Shown here: positions 9,239 through 21,583 of the stretch, one piece after another
Layout of the letters: every line of letters starts with the position of its first letter
Numbering within the stretch: position 1 is the first letter of the stretch
Assembly (NCBI GenBank): GCA_963675745.2
Contig: CAXXWX010000019.1
Location: forward strand, 96,001-160,000
Direction: 5' to 3'
DNA from: Phycisphaerae bacterium
Lineage (GTDB): Bacteria > Planctomycetota > Phycisphaerae > UBA1845 > Fen-1342
Length of the DNA: 64,000 nucleotides
Notes under the pieces: model-generated
What the model was told of the DNA's origin: nothing
Databases searched by the model: none
Seen by the model: the letters and a program-made list of their open reading frames with translations, nothing else
Translations under genes and position numbers: made by a program

Positions 9239-10442
9239 CACACCGACTCCCACGCATCCGGGCCCGGGCCAGCAGCCAATCCTGCAAGCCATAGATCTTC
9301 GCGAAGGCGGCCGCTTCCGCTCCGGTCCACAGCGCGCTGCCTTCGCCGTAGAGGCCGATCTCCGGATCAAGCAGCGAGTAAGGGCTGGTGCTTCCCAGAA
9401 CCGTGGCCTGCCCGGCGGTCAGCCGCACCTGCACGTCGCCGCACACGGGCTGCTGCGAGGATTCGAGGAAGGCTTCGATGTCGCGCATCAGCGGATCGAA
9501 GAAGCGGGCCTCGTGCAAGGCCGCCGCATACAACTCTCCCAAGGTGCGCTTCCAGGTAAGCTGCTGGCGCGACAGCACGAGCTTCTCCAGCTCGCGATGG
9601 GCGGCGATCAGCAAGGTGGCCGCCGGCGCCTCGAAGGCCACGCGTCCCTTGATTCCCAGGATTGTGTCGCCGACGTGGACGCCGCGACCGACGCCGTATT
9701 CGCCGGCGCAGTTGTCCAGGAGACCGATCAGCCGGATCGGATCCAGCGCCTCATGATCCAGCGCTACGGGCACGCCACGCTCGAAGCTGATCGTCAGCTC
9801 CCGCGCATCGCGCGGTGCCTGCGCTGGCGAGCGCGTCAGTACATAGGCTTCCTCGGGCAGCACGCCGTCGCTGCGGTGGGTTTCGGCGCCGCCGATGGTC
9901 ACGCCCCACAGCCCCCGATTGATCGAGTACTTCGTGGTTCGGGCCTCAATGGTAATTCCGTGCTCGGCGAGGCACGCCGTCTCCTGCTCGCGGGACAGCG
10001 CCTGACTGCGCACCGGCGTGAGGATCTCCACGTCTGGCGCAAACACGCGAAACGCCACGTCAAACCGGATTTGGTCGTTGCCGGCGCCGGTCGAACCGTG
10101 GGCCAACGCCTGGGCGTCGATCTCGGTGGCGTACAACGCGCAGCGTTTGGCCTGCACCATCCGTTCGGCGGAGACGCACAGCGGATACACGTCGCCGCGG
10201 AGGGCGTTGGCGAAGATCAGGTGCTTGAGATAGTCGTTGAAGAGCTCGTGGCGCGCGTCGATCGTGACATGCCGCGCGACGTTCAGCGAATGGGCCCGGG
10301 CTTCGACCGCCGCGACTTCGTCAGCGGCGTTGTCGGTCTGGACCATCACGGTGTGTACGTCGTAACCCTGCTCGGCGAGCCAGACCGCGCAGTAGGTTGT
10401 GTCGAGGCCACCTGAAAAAGCCAGAACCGCTGTGCGAGTCAC
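9222..10442 (-). CDS. argG: Argininosuccinate synthase
   Basis: LAFSGGLDT, HGSTGAGNDQIRF, GIKGRVAFEAPA motifs. Confidence 0.96.
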   Translation of the reverse strand: MTRTAVLAFSGGLDTTYCAVWLAEQGYDVHTVMVQTDNAADEVAAVEARAHSLNVARHVTIDARHELFNDYLKHLIFANALRGDVYPLCVSAERMVQAKRCALYATEIDAQALAHGSTGAGNDQIRFDVAFRVFAPDVEILTPVRSQALSREQETACLAEHGITIEARTTKYSINRGLWGVTIGGAETHRSDGVLPEEAYVLTRSPAQAPRDARELTISFERGVPVALDHEALDPIRLIGLLDNCAGEYGVGRGVHVGDTILGIKGRVAFEAPAATLLIAAHRELEKLVLSRQQLTWKRTLGELYAAALHEARFFDPLMRDIEAFLESSQQPVCGDVQVRLTAGQATVLGSTSPYSLLDPEIGLYGEGSALWTGAEAAAFAKIYGLQDWLLARARMRGSRCDAGLD

Positions 10443-10444
10443 CG

Positions 10445-10939
10445 TTATGTCTCCGTGTGTGGCACTTGTCCGTCGGGGCCTGCGTTCGTGTGGCCCGATG
10501 GCGCGCCTTTGAACAGGGCCAGGACACGTCCCTGGGCCGCCCGGCTGCGGACCGCGACAAAGACCGTGTCATCACCCGCCACGGTGCCGGCGATCTCGGG
10601 CACGTTTTTGCCGTCGAGCTCGACAGCCACCGTCGCGGCCCCACCGGGCGGGGTTTTGATGACGACCAGATTGGCTCCTATCGGCTCAATCGAAACGATT
10701 AATTCACTACTATGTAAACCGAGACCATTCGCGTCGCCCAGGGTGGTGACGCGTGAGGCAGGGATATAGCAACCATCCACGCGTACCAGCCCCAACTCAC
10801 GCACGTCGCGGCTGATACTGGCCTGGGTGACCTGAAAACCCTGGTTTCGCAGAAGTGTTGCCATTTCTTCCTGGTTGGCCAGTCGCCGCCGCCTTACCAA
10901 CTTCAGAAGGGCCGCCTGCCGCGTTCGTCGCTCTTTCAT
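10445..10939 (-). CDS. argR: Arginine repressor
   Basis: VTQASISRD, VIKTPPG, GTVAGDDT motifs. Confidence 0.95.
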   Translation of the reverse strand: MKERRTRQAALLKLVRRRRLANQEEMATLLRNQGFQVTQASISRDVRELGLVRVDGCYIPASRVTTLGDANGLGLHSSELIVSIEPIGANLVVIKTPPGGAATVAVELDGKNVPEIAGTVAGDDTVFVAVRSRAAQGRVLALFKGAPSGHTNAGPDGQVPHTET

Positions 10940-10950
10940 TGGGCACCATT

Positions 10951-10986
10951 TCTGAATAAACCATAGAAATTGCAAGTATATGCATA
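10951..10986. promoter_or_regulatory. Putative ARG box(es) upstream of argR
   Basis: AT-rich patch with near-palindrome TGCAAGTATATGCA (10971-10984) and half-site TGAATAAA (10953-10960). Confidence 0.6.
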
Positions 10987-11220
10987 TTGGCAGCGAGTTC
11001 AAGGGGTCTGGGCGGATTTCTTTGCGGGGGCCGTGCCAGCCGATCCGGCGGGGGTATTCGAAATACGCAAGTTGCGGTCGGATGGCGGGCAGGGGGCATG
11101 CGGGGGCGGCTCAATTTTCGCGTCCGATATGCCCGATAGCCAGTTTATACGGAGCCTTACGACAAGATGCCGTGACTTGGCGAGTGAGTCGAGTCGGTTG
11201 GAGGATGTGCTTTGGAAGGA

Positions 11221-11442
11221 ATGAAGCTGCTGACGGTTGAAGAGGTTACGGGGATGCTCCGGATGTGTCGCGATACGGTCTATCGTCTCGCGAGTGAGGG
11301 GAAGCTTCCCGGGCGGAAGATCGGGCGCACCTGGCGTTTCCCGGCGGACGAGCTGGAACGCTGGCTTCGCGAGCGGCCGAGCGGTGATGCCGGTCCCACC
11401 AGCAATTGTTCGTCTCTCGATACGCGGGAGGCCGGATCGTGA
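11221..11442 (+). CDS. Excisionase-like helix-turn-helix DNA-binding protein
   Basis: LLTVEEV...TVYRLA..GKLPGRKIGRTWRF; GAAGGA RBS. Confidence 0.85.
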   Translation: MKLLTVEEVTGMLRMCRDTVYRLASEGKLPGRKIGRTWRFPADELERWLRERPSGDAGPTSNCSSLDTREAGS

Positions 11443-13508
11443 GCCGGGCCGACGACCGGCATCGAATCCACGTTGGGCCGGCGTTGCCGGGAGGCCGGTT
11501 GGATGAACCAGCGCGCCCGGCAGGGGTCGGGTCGATGAAGATCGGCCTGCCGACACTCCGCGGCAAAATCGCAGCCCTCGGTATTGGGGTGTCCGTCCTC
11601 ACGGCCCTGGTCTTCGGCTACGTCGCGCATGTAAGCAAGGCGCGGCTTCTGGAGAGGAGCCTGATGGGGGACGTTCATCCGTCCGACGTCACCTCCCTGC
11701 TCAACGAAGACCTGGCGACGATGGCGCTCATCGGGCTAGGCGTTTGCACCGCGATCGGGATTCTGACGGCGATAGTCGCTCGCGCCCTGGTCGCGCCGCT
11801 GGCGATCGTGACCAAAGCGGCCAACAGGTTGACGGCGGGCGAGCGGTGGGTGCGTTGCCGAATGGACCGCTCAGACGAAATCGGCCAGCTCGGCACTGCG
11901 CTCGACACGGTGGCAAGCACTATGGAAGAAGCCCTCGTGGGGCTCGAAGAGGTTGTGCGGCGACGCACATGCGACCTGGAGCAGGCGGTTGCCGAACACA
12001 AGGCGACCACCGAGGCGCTACAGGCGAGCGAAGAGCGGTTTCGCGCCGTGTTCGAGAGCACCACGGATTGTGTTCTGGTTTGGGACCGCGACCACAACTG
12101 TCTGTATGCCAACCAGGCGGCCATTGACCATGTCGGAACCACCCGGGATCGCGTTGTTGGCAAGAACATCCGCGACGGGCTGTGGCAGAACGCGGACTTC
12201 GTGCGTTTGTGGGTTCAGCGTATCGACACGGTTTTCGAAACAGGCGAGGGAATGCGGGTCGAGGACGAAGCGCTGGTTGGCGACCGATTGGTATACAGCG
12301 AGTCGGTCCTTTCGCCTATCCGCCGAACCGACGGTGGCGTTTTCGCCGTGGGAGCTGTCCACCGCGACGTGACTGAACGCAGGCGCACGGAGTTGGCGCT
12401 GGTCGCCGAGCGCGAGCAACTCATCTCGATGTTCGACGGTATCGATGAGGTCGTTTACGTCGCTGATCCGACGACACATGAACTATTGTACCTGAACAAA
12501 CCTGCCAAAGAGCATTGGGGTGACCGTGTGGGAGAGAAGTGTCACTGTGTACTGCAAGAGCGGGACACACCTTGCCCCTTCTGCACGAATGATCGTCTTT
12601 TCGGCGACAATGGCCGACCGTCGCACATCTGGGAGTTCCAAAACGAAAAGAACCGGCGCTGGTACCGCTGCATCGACAAGGCCATACGCTGGCCGAACGG
12701 GCGGATGGTGCGTTTTGAGCTGGCCATAGATATCACAGAGCGCAAGCAGGCAGATGAGGAGGTCGAGCGGCAAGCTGTTCGATTGCAGGCGGCAAACCGC
12801 GAGTTGGAGGCGTTCGCGTACTCGGTTTCACATGATCTACGCGCCCCCTTGCGTTCGATCAGCGGCTTCGCGCAGATCATCGCCAAACGTCACCGTCGCG
12901 ACCTGAACGAGGAAGGGCGGCATTACTTCGACAACATCGTACAGGCCGGTGAGCACATGGGCGTTCTGATCGAAGATCTGCTCAGCTACTCTCGTTTGGG
13001 GCGCGGAGCCCTGCGTCGTCAGCCTGTGCCGCTGGGCGAGGTTCTGGCGCGAGTACTGGACAACCTAGCCGAGCGCGTAACCGAGGCCAAGGCAAGTGTC
13101 GCGATCCCGGACGACCTGCCGGTACTGAACAGCGATCCGACACTGCTCGGGGCCATGCTGACAAACCTGTTTGAAAACGCGCTGAAGTACCGCAGCAGTG
13201 CGCGTCCCGCCGAGGTCGCTATGCATTGCCGTTGCGATGACGACAACATTGTCATTGGCGTAAGCGACAACGGCATCGGCATACCGCCGGAGTATCACGA
13301 GAAGGTCTTCGACGTTTTTCAGCGGTTGCACAGCCAGGACGATTACCCCGGAACCGGCGTTGGCCTGGCGATCGTGAAGAAAGTCGCCGGCCTGCTGGGC
13401 GGTCGCGCGTGGGTGGAATCTGAACCGGGTGAAGGTAGTACGTTCTACGTGGAGCTGCCGGTCGAAAGCGTGGCGGCTGAACCTACTCTCGCACTGAGCA
13501 GGAGTTGA
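11439..13508 (+). CDS. Membrane sensor histidine kinase (HAMP-PAS-PAS-HisKA-HATPase)
   Basis: SVSHDLRAPL H-box, N box, DNGIG, GTGVGL; start uncertain (GTG 11439 or ATG 11535). Confidence 0.9.
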   Translation: MSRADDRHRIHVGPALPGGRLDEPARPAGVGSMKIGLPTLRGKIAALGIGVSVLTALVFGYVAHVSKARLLERSLMGDVHPSDVTSLLNEDLATMALIGLGVCTAIGILTAIVARALVAPLAIVTKAANRLTAGERWVRCRMDRSDEIGQLGTALDTVASTMEEALVGLEEVVRRRTCDLEQAVAEHKATTEALQASEERFRAVFESTTDCVLVWDRDHNCLYANQAAIDHVGTTRDRVVGKNIRDGLWQNADFVRLWVQRIDTVFETGEGMRVEDEALVGDRLVYSESVLSPIRRTDGGVFAVGAVHRDVTERRRTELALVAEREQLISMFDGIDEVVYVADPTTHELLYLNKPAKEHWGDRVGEKCHCVLQERDTPCPFCTNDRLFGDNGRPSHIWEFQNEKNRRWYRCIDKAIRWPNGRMVRFELAIDITERKQADEEVERQAVRLQAANRELEAFAYSVSHDLRAPLRSISGFAQIIAKRHRRDLNEEGRHYFDNIVQAGEHMGVLIEDLLSYSRLGRGALRRQPVPLGEVLARVLDNLAERVTEAKASVAIPDDLPVLNSDPTLLGAMLTNLFENALKYRSSARPAEVAMHCRCDDDNIVIGVSDNGIGIPPEYHEKVFDVFQRLHSQDDYPGTGVGLAIVKKVAGLLGGRAWVESEPGEGSTFYVELPVESVAAEPTLALSRS

Positions 13509-13512
13509 TGGG

Positions 13513-13980
13513 ATGGTGACACCAGCGCGGATATTGCTTGTGGAAGACAACCGGATGGACGTAGAGCTGACGATGGACGCGTTTCGTGGAGCCCGTCTCG
13601 GGAACACGGTGCACGTGGCGCGCAATGGTGAGCAGGCGCTCGACTACCTGTTCGGTCGCGGTGAGTACGCCGATCGCGCGGCTCATCCGTTGCCGGACCT
13701 GATCCTGTTGGACCTGAAGATGCCCGGGATCGATGGCTTCGAGGTGCTGCGCCAAATCAAGGCGGCCCCCGGGCTGCGGCGCCTGCCCGTCGTGATCCTG
13801 ACTTCATCGAAGGAGGAAGGTGACCGGGCCATGAGCTATGACGGCGGGGCGAACAGCTACCTGGTCAAGCCAATCGGCTTTGAGGGGTTTCTCGAGGTTG
13901 TACGGCGGGTGGAGGACTACTGGCTGAGTTTGAACGTCGGCCCACCGGTCGAACAGCAAGCCACGTGTCAAACATCATAA
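13513..13980 (+). CDS. Single-domain response regulator (Rcp1-like)
   Basis: ILLVEDN, LLDLKMP, LTSS, GANSYLVKP. Confidence 0.92.
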   Translation: MVTPARILLVEDNRMDVELTMDAFRGARLGNTVHVARNGEQALDYLFGRGEYADRAAHPLPDLILLDLKMPGIDGFEVLRQIKAAPGLRRLPVVILTSSKEEGDRAMSYDGGANSYLVKPIGFEGFLEVVRRVEDYWLSLNVGPPVEQQATCQTS

Positions 13981-13993
13981 GGACCGGCCCGAG

Positions 13994-16900
13994 ATGTCCA
14001 ACCCTATTCGCGTTCTCTACGTCGATGACTACCCGCTGGATCGCGCGCTGGTGCGTGATGCCCTGGTGAAGGAGCACGGGGGCTTTGCGCTGGTTGAGGC
14101 GGCGTCGCGCGAGGAGTTCGAGGCGCGACTCGCGGACGGCGCGTACGACGTTGTGTTGAGTGACTACAACATTCTCGGATACGACGGCCTGAGCGTGATG
14201 GACGCCGTGCAGACGCACGCGCCTGGAGTGCCGGTCATTCTCGTCACTGGCACCGGATCCGAGGAAATCGCGGTCGAGGCCATGCGGCGCGGCGCCGCGG
14301 ACTACGTGATCAAGACACCCAAGCACATTCATCGCCTGCCGATGACAATCAGAGCAGCGCTCGACAAGCGCCGTATGATCGCCGAGCAAGCGCAGGCCGG
14401 CGAGGCGCTCCGCGCGAGCGAACAACGCTATCGGCAACTGGTCGAACTGGCTCAGGAAGGCATCTGGGCGCTCGATACCAAGGCGCGGACCACGTATGTC
14501 AATCCGCGCATGGCCGTAATGCTGGGCTATACAGTCGATGAGATGCTGGACCGTCCACTCTTCGATTTCATGGACGAGAAGCAGGTCCGGCGGGCGCAGG
14601 CCTGTTTTGACAGGCGCCAGTCAGGCATCACCGAGCACCACGAATTCGAGTTCCGGCGGAAGGACGGGGCCGCGATCATCGCGGAGGTGGCTACCGCGCC
14701 GTTGGAGGACGCGGCGGGTCGTTTCGTCGGGGCTTTCGCCGTCGTCTCAGATATTACGCGGCGCAAGCAAGTCGAGCTGGCGCTGCGCGAGAGCGAGGAG
14801 CGATTCCGGCTTGTCGGCCAGGCGACGCAGGACTACATATGGGATTGGAGGCGCGCCACGAATCGCGTGTGGCGCAACGAGGCCTTCTACGAGCATTTCG
14901 GGCCACAAGCGCCAGACGAGGAATTGTTTGACTACTGGCTCCAGCGGGTGCATCCGGATGACCGGGAACGCGTCTTGAAGCGCGTGATGGCCGCCACGGA
15001 AGGCGCTGAGCAAAACTGGACGAGCGAGTACCGCCTGCGGCGAGCCGACGGCAAGTACGCCCACGTGATCGACCGTGGCTTCGCTGTACGTGACGCGCAA
15101 GGCCGCACCGGCCGCGTCGTGGGCGCGATACAGGATATCACGCAGCGCAAGCAGGCGGAGGCGGCGCTGCACGAGAGCAAGAGGCTTCTGGATGCCACGG
15201 GGCGCATGGCCCGGGTGGGAGGCTGGGAGTTGAACGCCGAAACGCTGGAGGTGAGGTGGACCGAAGAGACCTATCGCATTCATGAGGTTCCGCCCGGTCA
15301 CCAGCCGTCGTTGCAGGAGGCGATAAACTTCTTTCACCCCGAGGATCGCGGGCGATTGTCGAGGGCCATTCAGCGGGCGTTGGAGGAAGGCGCGCCCTAC
15401 GACATGGAGATCCGCTTCATCACGGCCAAGGGACATCACCTGTGGACGCGCATGGTTTGTCAACCCGAAAATGTGGACGGCAAGACCGTAAGGCTGGTGG
15501 GGACGTTCCAGGATATCACCGATCGCAAGCGGGCCGAGGATGCGCTGCAGCAGAGCGAGGCACGCTTCCGGCGTGTCGTCGAGCATGTCAGTGATGCGCT
15601 CATGGTAGACGATGCAAGTGGGCGCGTCGTTTTTGCCAATGACCGTTTCCTGGAGCTGTTTGGCATCAAACACGAGCAGATCGGGTGCATCCGGCTCGAA
15701 GACTACGTAGCGCCGAAGTTCCGACAGGTGCTGCGCGATCGACACGATCGGCGCGTGCGCGGCGAATGTGTGCCCGCGCGCTTCGAGTACGAAGGGCAGC
15801 GACAGGATGGCAGCCATCTGTGGCTCGAGGTTGACGTTGTCGTACTCAAGGAGCCCGATGGACGCGTCACCGGCACGCAGTCGGCGATCCGCGACATCAC
15901 CGAGCGCAAGAATGCGGTGGAAGCACTACGGCAAAGCCAGGAACGTCTAAAGCTGGCGCTGCGTGGGGCCGACCTTGGCACGTGGGACTGGAACGTGCAA
16001 ACCGGCGCGGTCACGTTTGACAAGCGTTGGGCAGAGATGCTGGGGTACACGGTGGATGAGATCGAGCCGCATGTTCGCTCGTGGGAGAAGCTCCTCCACA
16101 CAGACGATGTGCCGCACGTGAAGGAGGTGCTTAACGCGCACCTGGAAGGTGGGACGCCGGTTTACGAAACTGAGCACCGGTTGCGCCATAAGTCGGGGCA
16201 TTGGGTGTGGATATTGGACAGAGGGAAGGTGATCGAGCGCGACGCGGCCGGCAAGCCTCTGCGCGCTTGCGGAACACATCTGGACATCACCGAGAGGAAG
16301 CGCGCCGAGGAGGAACATCGGAAGCTGGAGGGACAGCTTCGCCAGGCGCAGAAGCTCGAAGCCGTGGGAACGCTGGCGGCGGGTGTTGCCCATGACTTCA
16401 ACAATGCGCTGATGGCCATCCTTGGTTATGCCGAGGCCGCGCGCTTGGCGCTGCCCCGCAATCACAAGGTCCACGCCGATCTCGACGGTATCGTGAAGGG
16501 CGGCGAGCAGGCTTCGGCGGTGACGAAGTCGTTGCTGATGTTCAGCCGCGAAGCCGCGGCGGAGAAGAGCCCGGTGAACCTGGCCCAGGTGGTGCGGAAC
16601 GTGGCGAAGATGCTGAGCCGCATGTTGCCGGCCGCGGTCGAGATGACCGTCGAGGCACCGGAGTCGGATGAGCTGGTGATAGAGGGTGATACGGTCCAGC
16701 TCAATCAGGTACTAGTGAATCTGGCCATCAACGCGCGCGATGCCATGCAGGATGGCGGACAGTTGCGCATTACGGTCAGCTCACGGCCCGATGATGCCGC
16801 GGATGTCTGGTCGACAATCGCCGCGCGCGGTCTGGGCACAGTGCGGCTCGTCGTTGAAGACAGCGGCACAGGTATGCCGGCGGAGGTGACCGCCCGGGTT

Positions 16901-17488
16901 TGCGACCCCTTCTTCACGACCAAAGAGAGAGAACGGGGGACCGGCCTGGGGATGGCGGTGGTGCATGGGATTGTTGAGTCGCATCGCGGTCACATGCAGA
17001 TTGAGTCCGAAGTAGGCCGGGGTACATGTGTGACAATCGAGTTCCCGCGTTGCTGTCCCGCGGCCCAGGCTAGTAGCGCGGCCGTCGCTCCGGCGGTGGC
17101 CAGGGGAGGCGGCGCGACGATCCTGGTGGCAGAGGACAACGCGCAGGTCCGCGCGGTCATTGCCAGCGCCCTGACAGCGGCGGGCTACGAGGTGATTCAG
17201 GTCGCCGATGGAATAGGCGCGATGAAGGTGATCGAAACACCGGGTAACCGCGTTCGGCTCGCCATTCTGGATGTTGATATGCCCAAGATGTCGGGCAAAG
17301 TTTGCTTGGCGAGGATACGAGAAGCGCACCCGGAATTCCCGGTGATCATGATGAGCGGATTCTATGATGTGAGTCACTGCGGGCATGAGATCGAGGGGGT
17401 GAGCCTGTTGCAGAAACCGTTCCAGATCGCGGAGCTCACGCGCCGCGTCGGCGAAATGTTCGATGTTGTCGCCACGCGCGAGGACTAG
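13994..17488 (+). CDS. Hybrid sensor kinase REC-5xPAS-HisKA-HATPase-REC
   Basis: N- and C-terminal receiver domains, five PAS/PAC units ending DIT.RK, AHDFNN H-box, PFFTTK. Confidence 0.92.
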   Translation: MSNPIRVLYVDDYPLDRALVRDALVKEHGGFALVEAASREEFEARLADGAYDVVLSDYNILGYDGLSVMDAVQTHAPGVPVILVTGTGSEEIAVEAMRRGAADYVIKTPKHIHRLPMTIRAALDKRRMIAEQAQAGEALRASEQRYRQLVELAQEGIWALDTKARTTYVNPRMAVMLGYTVDEMLDRPLFDFMDEKQVRRAQACFDRRQSGITEHHEFEFRRKDGAAIIAEVATAPLEDAAGRFVGAFAVVSDITRRKQVELALRESEERFRLVGQATQDYIWDWRRATNRVWRNEAFYEHFGPQAPDEELFDYWLQRVHPDDRERVLKRVMAATEGAEQNWTSEYRLRRADGKYAHVIDRGFAVRDAQGRTGRVVGAIQDITQRKQAEAALHESKRLLDATGRMARVGGWELNAETLEVRWTEETYRIHEVPPGHQPSLQEAINFFHPEDRGRLSRAIQRALEEGAPYDMEIRFITAKGHHLWTRMVCQPENVDGKTVRLVGTFQDITDRKRAEDALQQSEARFRRVVEHVSDALMVDDASGRVVFANDRFLELFGIKHEQIGCIRLEDYVAPKFRQVLRDRHDRRVRGECVPARFEYEGQRQDGSHLWLEVDVVVLKEPDGRVTGTQSAIRDITERKNAVEALRQSQERLKLALRGADLGTWDWNVQTGAVTFDKRWAEMLGYTVDEIEPHVRSWEKLLHTDDVPHVKEVLNAHLEGGTPVYETEHRLRHKSGHWVWILDRGKVIERDAAGKPLRACGTHLDITERKRAEEEHRKLEGQLRQAQKLEAVGTLAAGVAHDFNNALMAILGYAEAARLALPRNHKVHADLDGIVKGGEQASAVTKSLLMFSREAAAEKSPVNLAQVVRNVAKMLSRMLPAAVEMTVEAPESDELVIEGDTVQLNQVLVNLAINARDAMQDGGQLRITVSSRPDDAADVWSTIAARGLGTVRLVVEDSGTGMPAEVTARVCDPFFTTKERERGTGLGMAVVHGIVESHRGHMQIESEVGRGTCVTIEFPRCCPAAQASSAAVAPAVARGGGATILVAEDNAQVRAVIASALTAAGYEVIQVADGIGAMKVIETPGNRVRLAILDVDMPKMSGKVCLARIREAHPEFPVIMMSGFYDVSHCGHEIEGVSLLQKPFQIAELTRRVGEMFDVVATRED

Positions 17489-17492
17489 CCCC

Positions 17493-18146
17493 GTGCTGCA
17501 CAGCATGGTCCTTCTGGTTGACGACCACGCACTCGTGCGACAGATGCTGCAGGAGCGGCTGGAGCGCGAGCCATCGATCTCGGTTGTGGGAACGGCGGCA
17601 AACGCTGACGACGCAATCGAGGCTGCCCGCCGGCACCGGCCGGACATCATTGTGATGGATATTGATATGCCGGGCCTCGTTTGCTTCGACGCCGCCCGGC
17701 AGATCATTGCCGAGCGGCCCGAAACGCGTTTCGTGTTTCTCACCGCGTACAGCCATGATCATTACATTGAGGAGGCGCTGCGGATCGGCGCATACGGGTA
17801 TTTGACCAAGGATGAACCACCCGATCGCGTGGCTGCCGCCGTGCGTGCGGTTGCCCGCGGGGAGGCGAGTTTCTCCGACGAGGTACGTGCCCGCATCGTG
17901 ATCGACTCCAAGCGCACGAGGCTCGGGGCGGCGCGGCACACTCGTCTGTCATCACTGTCGACGCGTGAGATCGAGACTCTACGGTATATCAGCCGGGGAC
18001 TACCCATGAAAGAAATCGCCATTCTCATGGGAGTGGGGCGGCGCACCGCCGAGAAGCACAGCGAGAACCTGATGCGCAAGCTGGATATTCACGACCGCGT
18101 CGAGTTGGCCCGCTTCGCGATCCGCGAGGGTGTTTCAGAGGCGTGA
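17493..18146 (+). CDS. NarL/FixJ-family response regulator
   Basis: LVDDH receiver plus LuxR HTH (LSTREIE...KLDIHDRVEL). Confidence 0.9.
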   Translation: MLHSMVLLVDDHALVRQMLQERLEREPSISVVGTAANADDAIEAARRHRPDIIVMDIDMPGLVCFDAARQIIAERPETRFVFLTAYSHDHYIEEALRIGAYGYLTKDEPPDRVAAAVRAVARGEASFSDEVRARIVIDSKRTRLGAARHTRLSSLSTREIETLRYISRGLPMKEIAILMGVGRRTAEKHSENLMRKLDIHDRVELARFAIREGVSEA

Positions 18147-18366
18147 GCGCTGAGTCTCTGCTCCTCTCTGGCAGTTATCGACCCGTCTACCCTACGTAAC
18201 CCAACGAATAGCCCCGGCCGCCTGCGTAACCGATTGTCATAGTGCAGGCGGGCGCGGCGTGCGGCACTGCCCTGTTCTCCGGTGCCCGGTCCAGGGCTCA
18301 TGCGGACCGGGCGTTCGCCCTCCCTGCTGGAACTGACAGGAGCAGGCTAACGTGGGAGCAAGGCGG

Positions 18367-20493
<2,127 letters not shown>

Positions 20494-21219
20494 CCAGTCC
20501 CCCATGAGGCCGAGCAGATCGGACTCAGACGCGGGTGTGTTGTGAACAAACAAATACAGGTTGCTTGCGTCCAGCTCCTCCAGCGGGTCCCTCGTCAGCC
20601 ACCGCCCAAGCCGCGGATCGTAATACCGCCTGCCCCAATATCCAAGCCCCGTCTCATCATCCCAATACTTCGTGCTGAAGCGGAGCGGGTTCTCGGCCGC
20701 GTAGTCGCCGGTGGTCGTGACGGCGTTGCCGTAGGGGTCGTATTCGTAGTGGGCGACGATGGCGTCCGACGCCGTGTTCGGGTCGTTCGGGTCGGCGGCG
20801 CTCAGGTCGAAGAGCTGGTCGACGTTGCCGTTGGCGTCCTGGAAGACCACGAAGTCGCCGTGCGGGTCGTTGGGGTCGTTCGGGTCGTCGGGGTCGCTGA
20901 TGGCGAGCAGGCCGCCGATGCCGCCGGCACCATCGAGGCCTGACCGGTCGGAAACCGGTCCCAGAAGACCAGACAGATCCAGGCCCCAGGTGTACTTGCG
21001 AATGGCGGGCGGGACGCCCGCGCCACCCTGATTCAGTCCGTCGAGCTCCATGATCGGTCGCCAGCCGTCGTAGATGAGCTTCGTCAACGCCGTCGGGTTG
21101 TTCGGATCCCATGCACCGCCGCCGGCGTTCGGGTCCCACGGCTCCGTCGCCGTGGCGTTCCACGCCGACGTGCCAGTGTTCCAATTGTACACGATCTTCG
21201 CGATCCGGCGGCGTGCCAT
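20494..21219 (-). pseudogene. Rhs repeat-associated core fragment lacking a toxin tip (unit A)
   Basis: YEYDPYG, NPLRFSTKYWDDETGLGYWGRRYYDPRLGRW, DLLGL boundary followed almost at once by IS110 sequence. Confidence 0.85.
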
Positions 21220-21364
21220 GGATTTGAACCCCCTTTGGCACCAGATCGACCGAGCATCGTTGGCGCGAGGCAAGCCAGGAGCCACGCCGGCGAGTCATAC
21301 CCGGTGCGGGCATTCTGCGCTGCGGTCGGCGTTCCCAAAACGTAACGGAGAGGGCGGGATTCGA
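20977..21364. repeat. ~390-bp direct repeat, copy A (tRNA-Ser 3' end + Rhs N-terminal part)
   Basis: Aligns by eye with 24982-25370, about 20 differences. Confidence 0.95.
21346..21364 (-). other. att-like duplicate of the tRNA-Ser 3' end
   Basis: cggagagggcgggattcga is identical to 25352-25370; homology stops in the T-loop. Confidence 0.9.
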
Positions 21365-21492
21365 TCGGGCCGGTGTTGCTAAGTTGTTCCTGGAGTGCCA
21401 CTTACGGCTTAAATCGCGTGGCTATCGAGACTTGGCGATTCTCCGTTCTTTACTGTTCTCACACGGTTTTTTTGCCGTCTTGATCTCCAATC

Positions 21493-21513
21493 TGCGGACA
21501 CCTTGCGGACACC
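21493..21513. repeat. Tandem TGCGGACACC x2, possible integrase arm-type sites
   Basis: Perfect 10-bp direct repeat about 130 bp inside the att copy. Confidence 0.5.
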
Positions 21514-21583
21514 GGCGCGGCGGCCTCCGGCTGGCGTTCCCTACTCAAGGACAGATGGGTACGCCGGGGTGGCGTGTCACGCC

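Noticed and set aside
5230..10415. Long plus-strand ORFs (335 aa at 5230, 405 aa at 9198) and similar antisense ORFs elsewhere
   Set aside because: Shadow frames of well-supported genes in high-GC DNA
11221..11442. Prophage excisionase
   Set aside because: No adjacent integrase or phage genes; it heads a signalling operon
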